Below are positions 46,102 through 55,325 of a DNA stretch of 64,000 nt, piece after piece. The position numbers and the translations under genes are program-made. Source of the DNA: an uncultured Verrucomicrobiota bacterium. Its GTDB lineage: Bacteria; Verrucomicrobiota; Verrucomicrobiia; Limisphaerales; UBA8199. Each line of letters opens with the position of its first letter. Positions within the stretch are counted from its first letter, which is position 1. The notes below the pieces were generated by a model. It searched no databases. It was not told where the DNA came from and saw only the letters and a list, made by a program, of their open reading frames with translations. Where the stretch lies: contig CAZDOO010000023.1 in the NCBI GenBank assembly GCA_964507045.1, forward strand, positions 703 to 64,702. The letters run 5' to 3'.

Positions 46102-46167
46102 AGCGGAGTATCAGCGGAATATCAGCGGAATACGAGCGGAACACGAGCGGAGCATGAGCGGGACTCA
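46102..46167 (-). repeat. Six tandem 11-bp phased repeats (AGCGGAAnAnn on + strand) upstream of trpA
   Basis: Units are AGCGGAGTATC, AGCGGAATATC, AGCGGAATACG, AGCGGAACACG, AGCGGAGCATG and AGCGGGACTCA. The array ends 74 nt upstream of the trpA ATG. A homologous array lies at 55670-55724. Confidence 0.85.
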
Positions 46168-46302
46168 CCGTGCTCGCAAGCCATACGGCCAACCTTGCCC
46201 CGGGCCCTCCCGGCGCCGCGCGCGGCCCTGGGCGGGGCCAACGGCGACCCGTTCAACTCGCCACCGCCACTCCGGGCCATGGCGTCACCACGAACGGGCC
46301 GG

Positions 46303-47049
46303 CTATTGTGCCTGCCACACCAGGCGAAGTCCTTCAAGAGTCAGGAGGGGGTCCACGGCGGTGACGGCTTTCAGCTTGGACCCAATCAGCCGCGCATATC
46401 CGCCCGTGGCGACCACCGGGAGGCGGGGTGCCTTGAGTTCGCGCTTCAACGCCCGTATCAGCTCCAGCACCAGGCCGCGATAGCCCTGCACAGCGCCCAC
46501 CAGCATGGCCTGTTCGGTGCTCTTGCCAATCGCGCTGCCAACCTCCCGAATGCGGATGCGGGGCAGCAACGCGGTCTTCTCATGCAGGTAATCGGTCATG
46601 GCCGCCAGCCCGGGGGCGATGATACCGCCCGCGTAATTGCCCGCCCGATCCACCACGTCGAACGTGACCGCGGTGCCGAAATCCACCACCACCACCGGCG
46701 CGCCGAAATGATGACGCGCCGCCACGGCATTGGCGAGCCGGTCGGGACCGATCGTCCACGGCCGGGGGTAATCAATGCCCACGCCGCGCAAGGTCTTGGG
46801 CGTCAGCTCCAGGCAGCGCAAGCTCCACAGGCGGCGGACGGCCTCGCCCACCAGCGGTGTAACCGCCGGCACCACGCTGCAAACCGCGGCCCCTTCCAGC
46901 CGCGCATGGCGGGCGAACCTGGCCGCCAGCCTGGGCGCCGTGCCGTCCAGCCAGGCGGCGGTCGGCAGGTCGGCCTGTTTAACCACGCGCCGGGTGTCCG
47001 CCAGCCCCAGGTGCGTATGCGTGTTGCCGATGTCGAAGAGCAGGATCAT
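46303..47049 (-). CDS. coaX: Type III pantothenate kinase
   Basis: 248 aa, with MILLFDIGNTHTHLG. 4-nt overlap with the birA stop. Confidence 0.9.
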   Translation of the reverse strand: MILLFDIGNTHTHLGLADTRRVVKQADLPTAAWLDGTAPRLAARFARHARLEGAAVCSVVPAVTPLVGEAVRRLWSLRCLELTPKTLRGVGIDYPRPWTIGPDRLANAVAARHHFGAPVVVVDFGTAVTFDVVDRAGNYAGGIIAPGLAAMTDYLHEKTALLPRIRIREVGSAIGKSTEQAMLVGAVQGYRGLVLELIRALKRELKAPRLPVVATGGYARLIGSKLKAVTAVDPLLTLEGLRLVWQAQ

Positions 47050-48026
47050 TTCTCCAAGGCCACATCTCCGCCCACAATCCGCTCCAGGCGGCCATGTTCG
47101 GTGCGCAGCAGCAGCTCGCCGTCCTCGCCCAGCGCCTCGGCGCGGCCGCGAAGCTGCCGGTCACCCAGGCGAATCACCACGCGTTGGCCAAGGGTGGCGC
47201 AGTGCTCTTCCCATTCATCCGCCAGGGCCGCGAATTGGGCCGAGCCGATGCGCGCGTAATCGCGGTCCAGCTCACGCAGGATCACCACCGCGAGTTCGGC
47301 CCGCGAGACCGTCTGGCCCAGCTCAGCCTTCAGGGAAGTCGCCAGCTTGCGCAGCTCAGCGGGATAATCGCCCGGGCTCAGGTTCACATCCACGCCGATG
47401 CCGAGGACAACATGCTTGACGTGGTCCAGCTCCGCGCTCAGTTCCGTCAGGATGCCGGCCACCTTCCGGCCGTGAACCAGGATGTCGTTAGGCCACTTGA
47501 TCTCCGGCTCCAGGCCCGTCTGCGACCTGATAGCGCGACGCAGCGCCGTCGCCGACGCCACCGTCAGCCGGGTGGCTTCCTGCGGCCGCAGATCCGGCCG
47601 CAGCAGGACCGAGAACCATAAGCCCCGTTTCGAGGGAGACATCCATTTGCGCCCCAGCCGGCCCCGGCCCCGGGTCTGCGACTCGGCAAAGACCACGGCG
47701 CCTTCCTTGACGCCGTCGTGCGCCAGTTTCTCGATGACGTCATTGGTGGAAGTGGTCTCCTGGAACACGCGGATGTCGCGCCCAATGACCTTGGTCGGGC
47801 CCAGGCGCGAGAGTAAATCGTCGGCGTGCAGCACATCCGGGGCGCTCAGCAGCCGGTAGCCCCGGTGCGGGCTCGCCTCGATGTCGTAACCCAGCGAGCG
47901 CAAATCCTCGATGCGCGCCCAGATAGCCGCGCGGCTCACCCGAAGCCGTTGGGATAGCTCCGCGCCGGAGACCGCGCCATCGGCGGCGGTCCGCAGGGCG
48001 GTAAGGATCTGAACGTCAAGGCTCAT
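47046..48026 (-). CDS. birA: Bifunctional biotin--[acetyl-CoA-carboxylase] ligase / repressor with N-terminal HTH
   Basis: ATG 48026 (MSLDVQIL...). HTH region is VSGAELSQRLRVSRAAIWARIEDLRSLG. Ligase motif is GRGRLGRKW. Confidence 0.9.
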   Translation of the reverse strand: MSLDVQILTALRTAADGAVSGAELSQRLRVSRAAIWARIEDLRSLGYDIEASPHRGYRLLSAPDVLHADDLLSRLGPTKVIGRDIRVFQETTSTNDVIEKLAHDGVKEGAVVFAESQTRGRGRLGRKWMSPSKRGLWFSVLLRPDLRPQEATRLTVASATALRRAIRSQTGLEPEIKWPNDILVHGRKVAGILTELSAELDHVKHVVLGIGVDVNLSPGDYPAELRKLATSLKAELGQTVSRAELAVVILRELDRDYARIGSAQFAALADEWEEHCATLGQRVVIRLGDRQLRGRAEALGEDGELLLRTEHGRLERIVGGDVALEK

Positions 48027-48036
48027 AGAGAGCGAA

Positions 48037-48138
48037 GGGAAACATCCAACATCCAACATCCAACATCGAACTACCAACGGGTGGCACCGAGCCGCCCAAT
48101 GGATGTTGGGCGTCGGATGTTGGAGGTTGGATGTTCCC
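48037..48138 (-). repeat. ~100-nt imperfect inverted repeat (long stem-loop) containing CATCCAA heptamer repeats, between the nadC stop and the birA start
   Basis: The left arm begins GGGAAACATCCAACATCCAACATCCAACATCGAAC. The right arm ends GGATGTTGGGCGTCGGATGTTGGAGGTTGGATGTTCCC. About 38 of 48 arm positions pair by eye. The 3' arm on the mRNA ends 10 nt before the birA ATG. Confidence 0.8.
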
Positions 48139-48157
48139 TGAGTTCATAGGAGACGCC

Positions 48158-49012
48158 TTAAGGCTCGAAATCGAGCCCAATGTCCACCGCCCGTGCCGAA
48201 TGCGTCAGCGCGCCCACGGAAATGAAATCCACGCCCGTCTCGGCAATGGCCCGGACCCCGGCCAAAGTCACGCCGCCGCTGGCCTCCGTCAGCGCGCGGC
48301 CTTGGCACTTCTGCACCGCCAGGCGCAACTGAACCAGGTTCATATTGTCGAGCAGAACAATGTCGGCGCCCGCAGCGGCCGCCTGCTCGACTTGCTCCAG
48401 CGTGTCGGCCTCCACCTCCACCTTGAGGCCCGGGCACTTTGCGCGCGCCCGCTGGATGGCCGCGGCAATGGCATTGGGCGGCTCGTTCCTCAACGCCGCC
48501 AGGTGATTGTCCTTGATCAGCACCATGTCGTACAGGCCGAAGCGATGGTTCCGGCCCCCGCCGCACACAACCGCATACTTCTCCAACCGCCGCCAGCCCG
48601 GCGTGGTCTTGCGCGTGTCGAGAATCTGCGTGCGGGTGCCCTTGACGGCGTCCACAAACTGCGCGGTCAAAGTGGCGATGCCGCAAAGGCGTTGCAGGAA
48701 GTTAAGGGCCACCCGCTCGGCGCTGAGCAGCGCGCGGGCGGGGCCGGCAACTGCGAGCAGGGGCTGGCCCGCCGCCACGCGCTGGCCGTCCTCGGTGCAG
48801 CGAGTGATTTGAACGGCTGGGGAAAGCTCGCGCAAGGCGGCTTCGGCCAGGGCCAGTCCCGCCACCACTAGCGGCTCGCGCGCGCGCGCCTCCGCCCGGG
48901 CTTGCGCGCCTTCCGGCACGGCCGCCAATGTCGTCACATCCCCGTCGCCGATGTCCTCGGCCAGGGCGGGCACTACGGCGCCACGAATCTCTTCTGCCGA
49001 CAGCGGTTCCAC
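48158..49012 (-). CDS. nadC: Nicotinate-nucleotide pyrophosphorylase (carboxylating)
   Basis: ALAEDIGDGDVTT and IVLLDNM. The start is uncertain: GTG 49012 gives a typical ~284-aa NadC, while the track start is 49135. Confidence 0.85.
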   Translation of the reverse strand: MEPLSAEEIRGAVVPALAEDIGDGDVTTLAAVPEGAQARAEARAREPLVVAGLALAEAALRELSPAVQITRCTEDGQRVAAGQPLLAVAGPARALLSAERVALNFLQRLCGIATLTAQFVDAVKGTRTQILDTRKTTPGWRRLEKYAVVCGGGRNHRFGLYDMVLIKDNHLAALRNEPPNAIAAAIQRARAKCPGLKVEVEADTLEQVEQAAAAGADIVLLDNMNLVQLRLAVQKCQGRALTEASGGVTLAGVRAIAETGVDFISVGALTHSARAVDIGLDFEP

Positions 49013-49146
49013 GCGCGCAGCATGCACGAAGAGGGGGGAAAGCAAAAGCCTGTTGTTCAGGATCGCCACAAGTCCTTTGACGAAGCGCCCGGGGCTCCGC
49101 AATATCCAGCCATGCGCGCACAATTTGCGAACCAAGCCATCAGCCT

Positions 49147-49830
49147 ATGAGCGGGGGCGGCATGATCTTCATCTTCATCCTGTTCGTGCTGCTCATTATC
49201 GGCGGCGCCATCTATTCGGTCATGGCCGCGCGGAAACGGCGCGAGGAGCTGTCTGAATTAGCCGCCCGGCTGGGGCTGGAGTTCCGACCGGACAACCAGT
49301 ACGAGCTGGCCGGGCGTTTCGGCTTTCTCGATAAGCTCGCCCAAGGGGGCAATCGTTACGCTTTCAACGTCCTGTCCGGCGACTACCAGCAGAATTCAGT
49401 GCTGGTGTTCGATTATCACTATGAAACGCACTCCACCGACTCGAAAGGCCACCGGCAGACGCACCATCATTACTTCTCGTTCTTCATCCTGCTGCTGCCC
49501 GCCAGTTTCCCGGAGCTCAAGATCACGCGCGAGGGGTTGCTCTCCAAGTTCGCCCAGGCGCTCGGGTACGAGGACATTGACTTCGAGTCGGCGGAGTTCT
49601 CGCGCACGTTCTGTGTCCGGTCCAAGGACCGGAAGTTCGCCTACGACGTGTGCAACGGGCAGATGATGGAGTACTTGCTGGCCAACCGCGACCTGAGCAT
49701 CGAGATCGAGGGGGCGGCCCTGGCGCTGGCTTTCGACACCCGCCTGTCGGCCGCCCAGATCGAAGGCGACCTGCAGCGGCTGCTGGAGATTCGGTTGCGC
49801 TTGCCGGAGTACTTGTTTACCAAGGTTTGA
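49147..49830 (+). CDS. Hypothetical membrane protein upstream of lemA
   Basis: 227 aa. N-terminal TM is MIFIFILFVLLIIGGAIYSV, with a second hydrophobic segment YFSFFILLLPA. The stop is 2 nt before the lemA ATG. Confidence 0.6.
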   Translation: MSGGGMIFIFILFVLLIIGGAIYSVMAARKRREELSELAARLGLEFRPDNQYELAGRFGFLDKLAQGGNRYAFNVLSGDYQQNSVLVFDYHYETHSTDSKGHRQTHHHYFSFFILLLPASFPELKITREGLLSKFAQALGYEDIDFESAEFSRTFCVRSKDRKFAYDVCNGQMMEYLLANRDLSIEIEGAALALAFDTRLSAAQIEGDLQRLLEIRLRLPEYLFTKV

Positions 49831-49832
49831 CT

Positions 49833-50393
49833 ATGCCCGTGCTTATCATTCTGGCCGTGGTGGTGCTCGTGCCTGTCGTATGGGTGATTGTGCAATACAA
49901 CTGGCTCGTCAGCTTGCGCAATTACATCCGCGAATCCTGGAGCAACGTGGACACCGAGTTGAAGCGCCGCTACGACCTGATTCCCAACCTGGTCGCGACG
50001 GTCCGGGGCTATGCCGCGCACGAACGGGAGGTGCTCGAGCTTGTCACGCAACTGCGCGAGCGCTGCGTGGCGAACACCGGCTCGCCCACCGCGCAGGCCC
50101 GGGATGAAGTCCAGTTGGTGGCGGCGCTCAAGCAACTGCTCGTCGTGGTGGAGAACTATCCCCAGCTCAAGGCCGACCAGCACTTCCTCAAGCTGCAGCA
50201 GGAGTTGATCACCACCGAGAACCGGATTCAGGCGGCCCGCCGGTTCTACAACGGCAATGTGCGCGACTACCGCAACAAATGTGAGACCTTCCCCAGCAAC
50301 CTGGTCGCCCACATGTTCGGCTTTCAGCCTGAGGAGTTCTTCAGCGTCCCGCCCTCGGTCAGGGAAGTGCCGGATGTGGAGTTCGCGCAGTAG
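49833..50393 (+). CDS. lemA: LemA family protein
   Basis: In-frame ATG 49833. N-terminal TM, then VDTELKRRYDLIPNLV, ENYPQLKA and RRFYNGNVRDYRN. Confidence 0.9.
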   Translation: MPVLIILAVVVLVPVVWVIVQYNWLVSLRNYIRESWSNVDTELKRRYDLIPNLVATVRGYAAHEREVLELVTQLRERCVANTGSPTAQARDEVQLVAALKQLLVVVENYPQLKADQHFLKLQQELITTENRIQAARRFYNGNVRDYRNKCETFPSNLVAHMFGFQPEEFFSVPPSVREVPDVEFAQ

Positions 50394-50487
50394 CCCCCAC
50401 CCGCTGGAACGCCCGCCTTCCCTCCCGAACCTTGCGCGCGCCAGAATGTGCTTGTGCGCGCGCGCCACTCCGCGTAGTTAGCTGGCC

Positions 50488-51966
50488 ATGTTAAACGACC
50501 AATCGTCTCCGCTCGCCGGCATAACCCGCCGCCGGTTCCTTTACTGTTCCGCGCTCGCCGCCAGCGCCACCGCCTTCACCGGCTGCGCCGCCTCCCGGTC
50601 CCGCCGCCTGTCAGCCACTGACAAGTTGAACATCGGCGTCATCGGCGCCGGCGGCAAAGGCGCGGGCGACACGGACTGCTGCGCCGGCGAAAACATCGTC
50701 GCCCTGTGTGACGTGGATGAGAAGGTGACGGCCGCACGCCACGCGAAGTACCCCAATGCCAGGCTCTACCGGGACTGGCGGAAGATGCTTGAACAGGAGA
50801 AGTCGCTGGATGCGGTCATTGTGGCCACGCCCGATCATGTGCACGCGATCGCCGCCGCCACGGCCATGCGCATGGGCAAACACGTCTATTGCCAGAAGCC
50901 CTTGACGCAGACGGTTTACGAAGCGCGGCTGCTCCGGAAGCTCGCCAAACAGTACAAGGTTTCCACGCAGATGGGCAATCAAGGCAGCGCCGAAGACGGC
51001 TTGCGCCGCGCGGTCGAAATCATTCAGGCCGGCCTGATCGGGCCGGTGCGCGAGGTCTATGTGTGGACCAACCGTCCGATCTGGCCGCAAGGCATGGACC
51101 GGCCTTCGGACTCCGACCCGGTGCCCCCCACGCTGGATTGGGACGGCTGGCTTGGGCCGGCGCCCCTCCGGCCGTACAAGGCCCAGTGGGCTGACAAGGC
51201 GGCCAGCGGCGCCCGAAAGCGGCGCGGCGCCGTGTATCACCCCTTTGCGTGGCGTGGCTGGCAGGATTTCGGCACCGGTGCGCTGGGCGATATGGCCTGC
51301 CACACCGCCAACATGCCGTTCCGCGCCCTCAAACTGGGCTACCCGACGGAAATCGAGGCCACGTCATCGGCCATGAACCGGGAGAGCTATCCGCTCAAGT
51401 CCACCATCCGCTTTCAGTTCCCCTCTCGCGACGGCCTGCCGCCAGTCACCTTTTGGTGGCATGATGGCGGCAACCCGAAACCCGACCATCCTTACGACCA
51501 CGACGGCAGCAATAAACCCCCGATGGCTGTCCTGACCGATATCCAGGACATGATGGACAAGATCCCGGGCAGCGGGTGCCTGCTCGTCGGCGACAATGGC
51601 AAGCTCTTCTCACCCGACGACTACGGCGCCCAGTTCTTCATCAAGCTCAAAGGGGAGAAGGAACTCACGGATGGCAAGAGCCACGAAGCGGTGAAGGCTA
51701 TCCCGCAGACCATTCCGCGGAACGCGTTCCAGGGCGGCACCGACCAGCGCCACCATCTGGAATGGATTGCCGCCTGCAAGGGCGGGGCTCCCGGCTACTC
51801 GAACTTCGACATCGCGGCTTATCTCACGGAAATCATTCTGCTGGGCTGCGTGGCGCTGCGGGTGGGCCGGAAAATCGAGTGGGATGGGCCGAACATGCTC
51901 GTCAGGAACGCCCCCGAGGCGGCGCCGTTTATCCGCCGCGACTACCGGAAGGGCTGGGAGCTTTAG
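50488..51966 (+). CDS. TAT-exported Gfo/Idh/MocA-family oxidoreductase
   Basis: TAT motif TRRRFLYCSALAASA. Rossmann motif NIGVIGAGGKG. Confidence 0.85.
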   Translation: MLNDQSSPLAGITRRRFLYCSALAASATAFTGCAASRSRRLSATDKLNIGVIGAGGKGAGDTDCCAGENIVALCDVDEKVTAARHAKYPNARLYRDWRKMLEQEKSLDAVIVATPDHVHAIAAATAMRMGKHVYCQKPLTQTVYEARLLRKLAKQYKVSTQMGNQGSAEDGLRRAVEIIQAGLIGPVREVYVWTNRPIWPQGMDRPSDSDPVPPTLDWDGWLGPAPLRPYKAQWADKAASGARKRRGAVYHPFAWRGWQDFGTGALGDMACHTANMPFRALKLGYPTEIEATSSAMNRESYPLKSTIRFQFPSRDGLPPVTFWWHDGGNPKPDHPYDHDGSNKPPMAVLTDIQDMMDKIPGSGCLLVGDNGKLFSPDDYGAQFFIKLKGEKELTDGKSHEAVKAIPQTIPRNAFQGGTDQRHHLEWIAACKGGAPGYSNFDIAAYLTEIILLGCVALRVGRKIEWDGPNMLVRNAPEAAPFIRRDYRKGWEL

Positions 51967-52718
51967 GGGGCCAGCGCCGCGGTGACCGCCGGCGGGAAAA
52001 GCGCCCCCACATCGCCCTCAAGCCGGAGCGTGACCTCCGGCAAGTCATCGTGCTCGGTCGGGCCGCGATTGATGATGACGTACGGCACGCCTCGGTTCGC
52101 GGCCAGCAAGGGAATATCCGCCGCCGGATGAACCGACAACGTGGAGCCCAGCGCCACCACCAGGTCGGCGGCCTGGGCGGCGGCCTCCGCTCGCGCCAGG
52201 TCCTCGTTCCGCAGGTTCTGCCCGAAGCTGATCGTCGCCGACTTCAGAAAGCCCCCGCATTCGCATACCGGCGGACGGTGCGTCTTGCGGAAATACTCGA
52301 AGTGCGCTTCCGGGTCCGAACGCCGCCCGCAGGTTTGGCACTCGACGAGGCTGTTCGTGCCGTGCAGCTCGATCAGGCGCTCCGCGGACGTGCCGGCGCG
52401 CGCGTGCAGGCTGTCAATGTTCTGGGTCACCACCGCCTGCACTTTGCCGGCGCGCTCAAGCCGCGCAATGGCCTCGTGGGTCGCGTTGGGGCGCGCATCC
52501 CGAAACCCTTCCCAGCCTTCCAGCTTGAAGTCCCAGTGCTCGATCCGCGCCGCTTCCGACCGCATGAAATCGTGGTAATAGACCGGTTGGCGGCGCTTCC
52601 AGACGCCCTCCGGCCCGCGAAAATCGGGAATGCCGCTGCCGGTGGAGATGCCCGCGCCGGTAAAGAAGAGAATTTTTTGCGACCCGCGCAACAGTTCAAT
52701 CAGCTTCGGTGCTTGCAT
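51963..52718 (-). CDS. cobB: NAD-dependent protein deacylase (Sir2 family)
   Basis: ATG 52718 (MQAPKLIELL). Motifs are FFTGAGISTGSGIPDFRG and VTQNIDSLH. Zinc ribbon is CQTCG...CECGG. Confidence 0.85.
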   Translation of the reverse strand: MQAPKLIELLRGSQKILFFTGAGISTGSGIPDFRGPEGVWKRRQPVYYHDFMRSEAARIEHWDFKLEGWEGFRDARPNATHEAIARLERAGKVQAVVTQNIDSLHARAGTSAERLIELHGTNSLVECQTCGRRSDPEAHFEYFRKTHRPPVCECGGFLKSATISFGQNLRNEDLARAEAAAQAADLVVALGSTLSVHPAADIPLLAANRGVPYVIINRGPTEHDDLPEVTLRLEGDVGALFPPAVTAALAP

Positions 52719-52903
52719 GGGAGCATGTTCGCCCAAAAGCGGCCGCGCACCAAACAAAAACAGTCTGCGTGGGGAGGGCGGCCAAAGGGACTGCGGGCCG
52801 CCGTGAAGTTGCCGAACGCAGTGTGGGCAATCTCACCCGCTTCCCGCCGGCGCGCCGGCGGCTCCTCCGGCTGTCGCCTGCGGTTGTGGCCCCGCGGCGA
52901 GTC

Positions 52904-54109
52904 TCACTTCCGGGGCGTCCACCGGCGGAGTTGCTCGCCGTAGGTTTGGAGCGGCGGCTCGCCGTAATGCGTGACATACTCCGCGTCAATGTACACCGCG
53001 AAGGTGGTCACATGCCGGATGCCGCGGCGGCCGTAGGTGTCCAAATCGGCGGCCAAAACCCGGGGATCAAACGGGACCTTGACGGCAGGCTTCTTCCACT
53101 TGGAGAACAGGGACGCATCAAGCCAGTATTCCAGGGCTTGGGCGTTCGCGCGGCCAAAGACCTCGAGGTTCGCGTCGAGCATCTCGAACTGCTGCCGGGT
53201 CCGGGCGTCGCCGGCCCGCTCGAACGGCGCATCATAGCGCCGGTGGATGGGGGCGTATTCGAGGAAGATGCCCGGCTGGGGCTTGATCTGCCGAGGCGGG
53301 GGCAGCGTATTGTCGTAGGCCAGGTGCGCCACCTGCGCCCGGTCATCCACCTTGCGAAGCGCTTCCAGGATGCGGTTCGCGACCAGCAGCGCCTGGTCGC
53401 TGTCGCTCAGCCCGGCGCATTCCGGGCAGCGGCACCACGGACGGCCATCGTCGCCCCAGTAAAAATAACGCCCGGTTGTGGGCCGGAGCGTCTGTGCCAG
53501 GGCGACGGCGTTGTCGGCCACCATCTGCATCGCCGGGCCGGAGTGAACGCACAGGTTGCAGTCGCGGACGCGCCGGCCCTGTTCGTCCATGCGGAAAAGC
53601 TTGGGCGTGCGGTCGAAGTGCTCGCGCGGCAGCAGGTCCTGCATGGCATGCAGCTCGTATTCGACCGCCAGATCGAGCCGCCGGCAGGCGGAGAGGAACT
53701 TCTGGCCCGGCCCGGACCGGATGTAATCAGCCAGCAGGCGCGGTGACTTGGGCGCATGGAGCCCAATCGTGGTCAACCCCGCCGTCTTGGCCCGCTGCGG
53801 CCAGTCGGCAAGGGTCAGGTCATCGGTCGTCAGGACCACGCCGCGCGTCAGGAAGAAGGGGGCCTCTGTGTCCGGGCTTGCGGCGTCCGCCGCCGCGGCT
53901 GGACCCAATGCCAGCCCGCACGCCACAGCTTTCAGAAATTGCCGCCGGGTGAGGCGGGAGGGGGATTGCGCCTGGATGTCGGGCGGGGGCGGAGGGCTGC
54001 CGTTTTGACCAGCGGGCTGGGAAGAACATGTCCTGCAATCGTGGCCCAAGCCGATGGTCGGGCGATCCGGGCCTGGGCTGCACCCCGCAGGTGTCGCGGA
54101 TATGTTCAT
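52904..54109 (-). CDS. TAT-exported DUF4838-like (glycoside-hydrolase-associated) protein
   Basis: TAT motif SRLTRRQFLKAV. WCRCPECAG cysteine motif. The start is uncertain (ATG 54109 leaves an unusually long n-region). Confidence 0.65.
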   Translation of the reverse strand: MNISATPAGCSPGPDRPTIGLGHDCRTCSSQPAGQNGSPPPPPDIQAQSPSRLTRRQFLKAVACGLALGPAAAADAASPDTEAPFFLTRGVVLTTDDLTLADWPQRAKTAGLTTIGLHAPKSPRLLADYIRSGPGQKFLSACRRLDLAVEYELHAMQDLLPREHFDRTPKLFRMDEQGRRVRDCNLCVHSGPAMQMVADNAVALAQTLRPTTGRYFYWGDDGRPWCRCPECAGLSDSDQALLVANRILEALRKVDDRAQVAHLAYDNTLPPPRQIKPQPGIFLEYAPIHRRYDAPFERAGDARTRQQFEMLDANLEVFGRANAQALEYWLDASLFSKWKKPAVKVPFDPRVLAADLDTYGRRGIRHVTTFAVYIDAEYVTHYGEPPLQTYGEQLRRWTPRK

Positions 54110-54412
54110 CAGGCCCGCACCGTAGTGCGTTAGCCTGCCGACAGCAAGCAAATGGTCAGTGACCCCGTCCGTCCGGCAGGGCCAGTAACAAAGTCCCCCT
54201 AGTGCCGGCGCGGGGGCGTCCTCGCCCGCTTAAACAGTTGGGAGTCGCACACGAAGGGGCATGTTTTCGACGTTCCCAGGCCCGAAGCGGGCGAAGACGC
54301 CCGCGCGCCGCCGACTTTGTCACTGCCCGTGTCCGTCCGGCGGCAAACCCGCGATCATGGGATCCGCCGGTCCTGCCAGCTCGTCCCGGGCGCGATTCCC
54401 GGCGCCAGGCAT

Positions 54413-55312
54413 CTAGCGGCGGTTCGTGAGCGGCGTCAGTTCGATTCTCCGGAAGAAAATCTCCGCGCCTTCGGATTGGAACAGCAGCTTGCCTTTCCGC
54501 AGATGCGAGCTGCTGCCCACATTAACGACCCGCCCGTTGACGAGGTTGGTGATCGTGCCGCCGGCGCAGATCACCTCCAGCCGAGTCCACCGGCCGGCCG
54601 GGCTTTCAACATCGCGCCGGCCCCGGAACCCTTCCACATCCCGCCACTGCGGATCCCGCTCATACCAGTTGAAACGGCCGCTGGTGCGGGTAAGCGGCGG
54701 CGCGCCGGGATGGTAGTAGCATTCCGCGCCGCGCTGCTCGCACTCGACCGTCAGCGCTGATTCAATCACCTGGCCGGCGGCGTCCTTGCCGCACAGGACC
54801 AGCAGGTCGCCGCAGCCGCCCTGGATGATCTGGCATTCCACCGACGCCATCCAGTATCCCGCGTAGTTTCCGTCCGGCCCGGTGCAATGCAGGAGAATGC
54901 CCGAGTCCATGGCCTTGTTAAGCCGTGAGGCCCAGGTTTGCGTGCCCCACTTGAACTCAACCACCAGCCGGTAGTTCTCATATTCTTCGCGCGTAATGAA
55001 ACCGCCGAACTCCTCGCCTGAAACCCGGATTGCGGGCGCGCCGTCCACTGCCACCACGCTGAAAACCTGGAGCGGGTCCTCGTATCGGTGCTTCTGCAGG
55101 AACGTGTAGAAGTTGCCAAGGTCTTTGCCGTTGAAGAGATGGATGGTTGCGGCATTGGCCTTGGCGCCGGCGGCGTCTCGGGAATCAGGGGCGGCGCAGC
55201 CAACCAGGCCGGCCGCCAGCGCCGCCACCACCACGAGCCATTCGCGTTTCGTATTCAGTTTGCTGCAGAGAATGCCGCATTCTCGGGCATCGCATCGGCT
55301 TCCGGCCAGCAA
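54413..55312 (-). CDS. DUF1080 (3-keto-disaccharide hydrolase-like) lipoprotein
   Basis: Lipobox is LAAGLVGC. Motifs are HLFNGKDLGNFY and GKLLFQSEGAEIFFRRIEL. There is no in-frame ATG; the track start is TTG 55312, so the start is uncertain. Confidence 0.75.
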   Translation of the reverse strand: MLAGSRCDARECGILCSKLNTKREWLVVVAALAAGLVGCAAPDSRDAAGAKANAATIHLFNGKDLGNFYTFLQKHRYEDPLQVFSVVAVDGAPAIRVSGEEFGGFITREEYENYRLVVEFKWGTQTWASRLNKAMDSGILLHCTGPDGNYAGYWMASVECQIIQGGCGDLLVLCGKDAAGQVIESALTVECEQRGAECYYHPGAPPLTRTSGRFNWYERDPQWRDVEGFRGRRDVESPAGRWTRLEVICAGGTITNLVNGRVVNVGSSSHLRKGKLLFQSEGAEIFFRRIELTPLTNRR

Positions 55313-55325
55313 AAACGTCCGCCGG

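Noticed and set aside
46102-46167. Idea that the repeat array upstream of trpA is a TRAP-type (G/U)AG binding site or a mini-CRISPR
   Set aside because: GAG triplets occur at 11-nt rather than 2-3-nt spacing, and they lie on the non-transcribed strand relative to trpA. The same array sits upstream of an unrelated phosphoesterase gene. The units are contiguous with no spacers, so it is not a CRISPR array.
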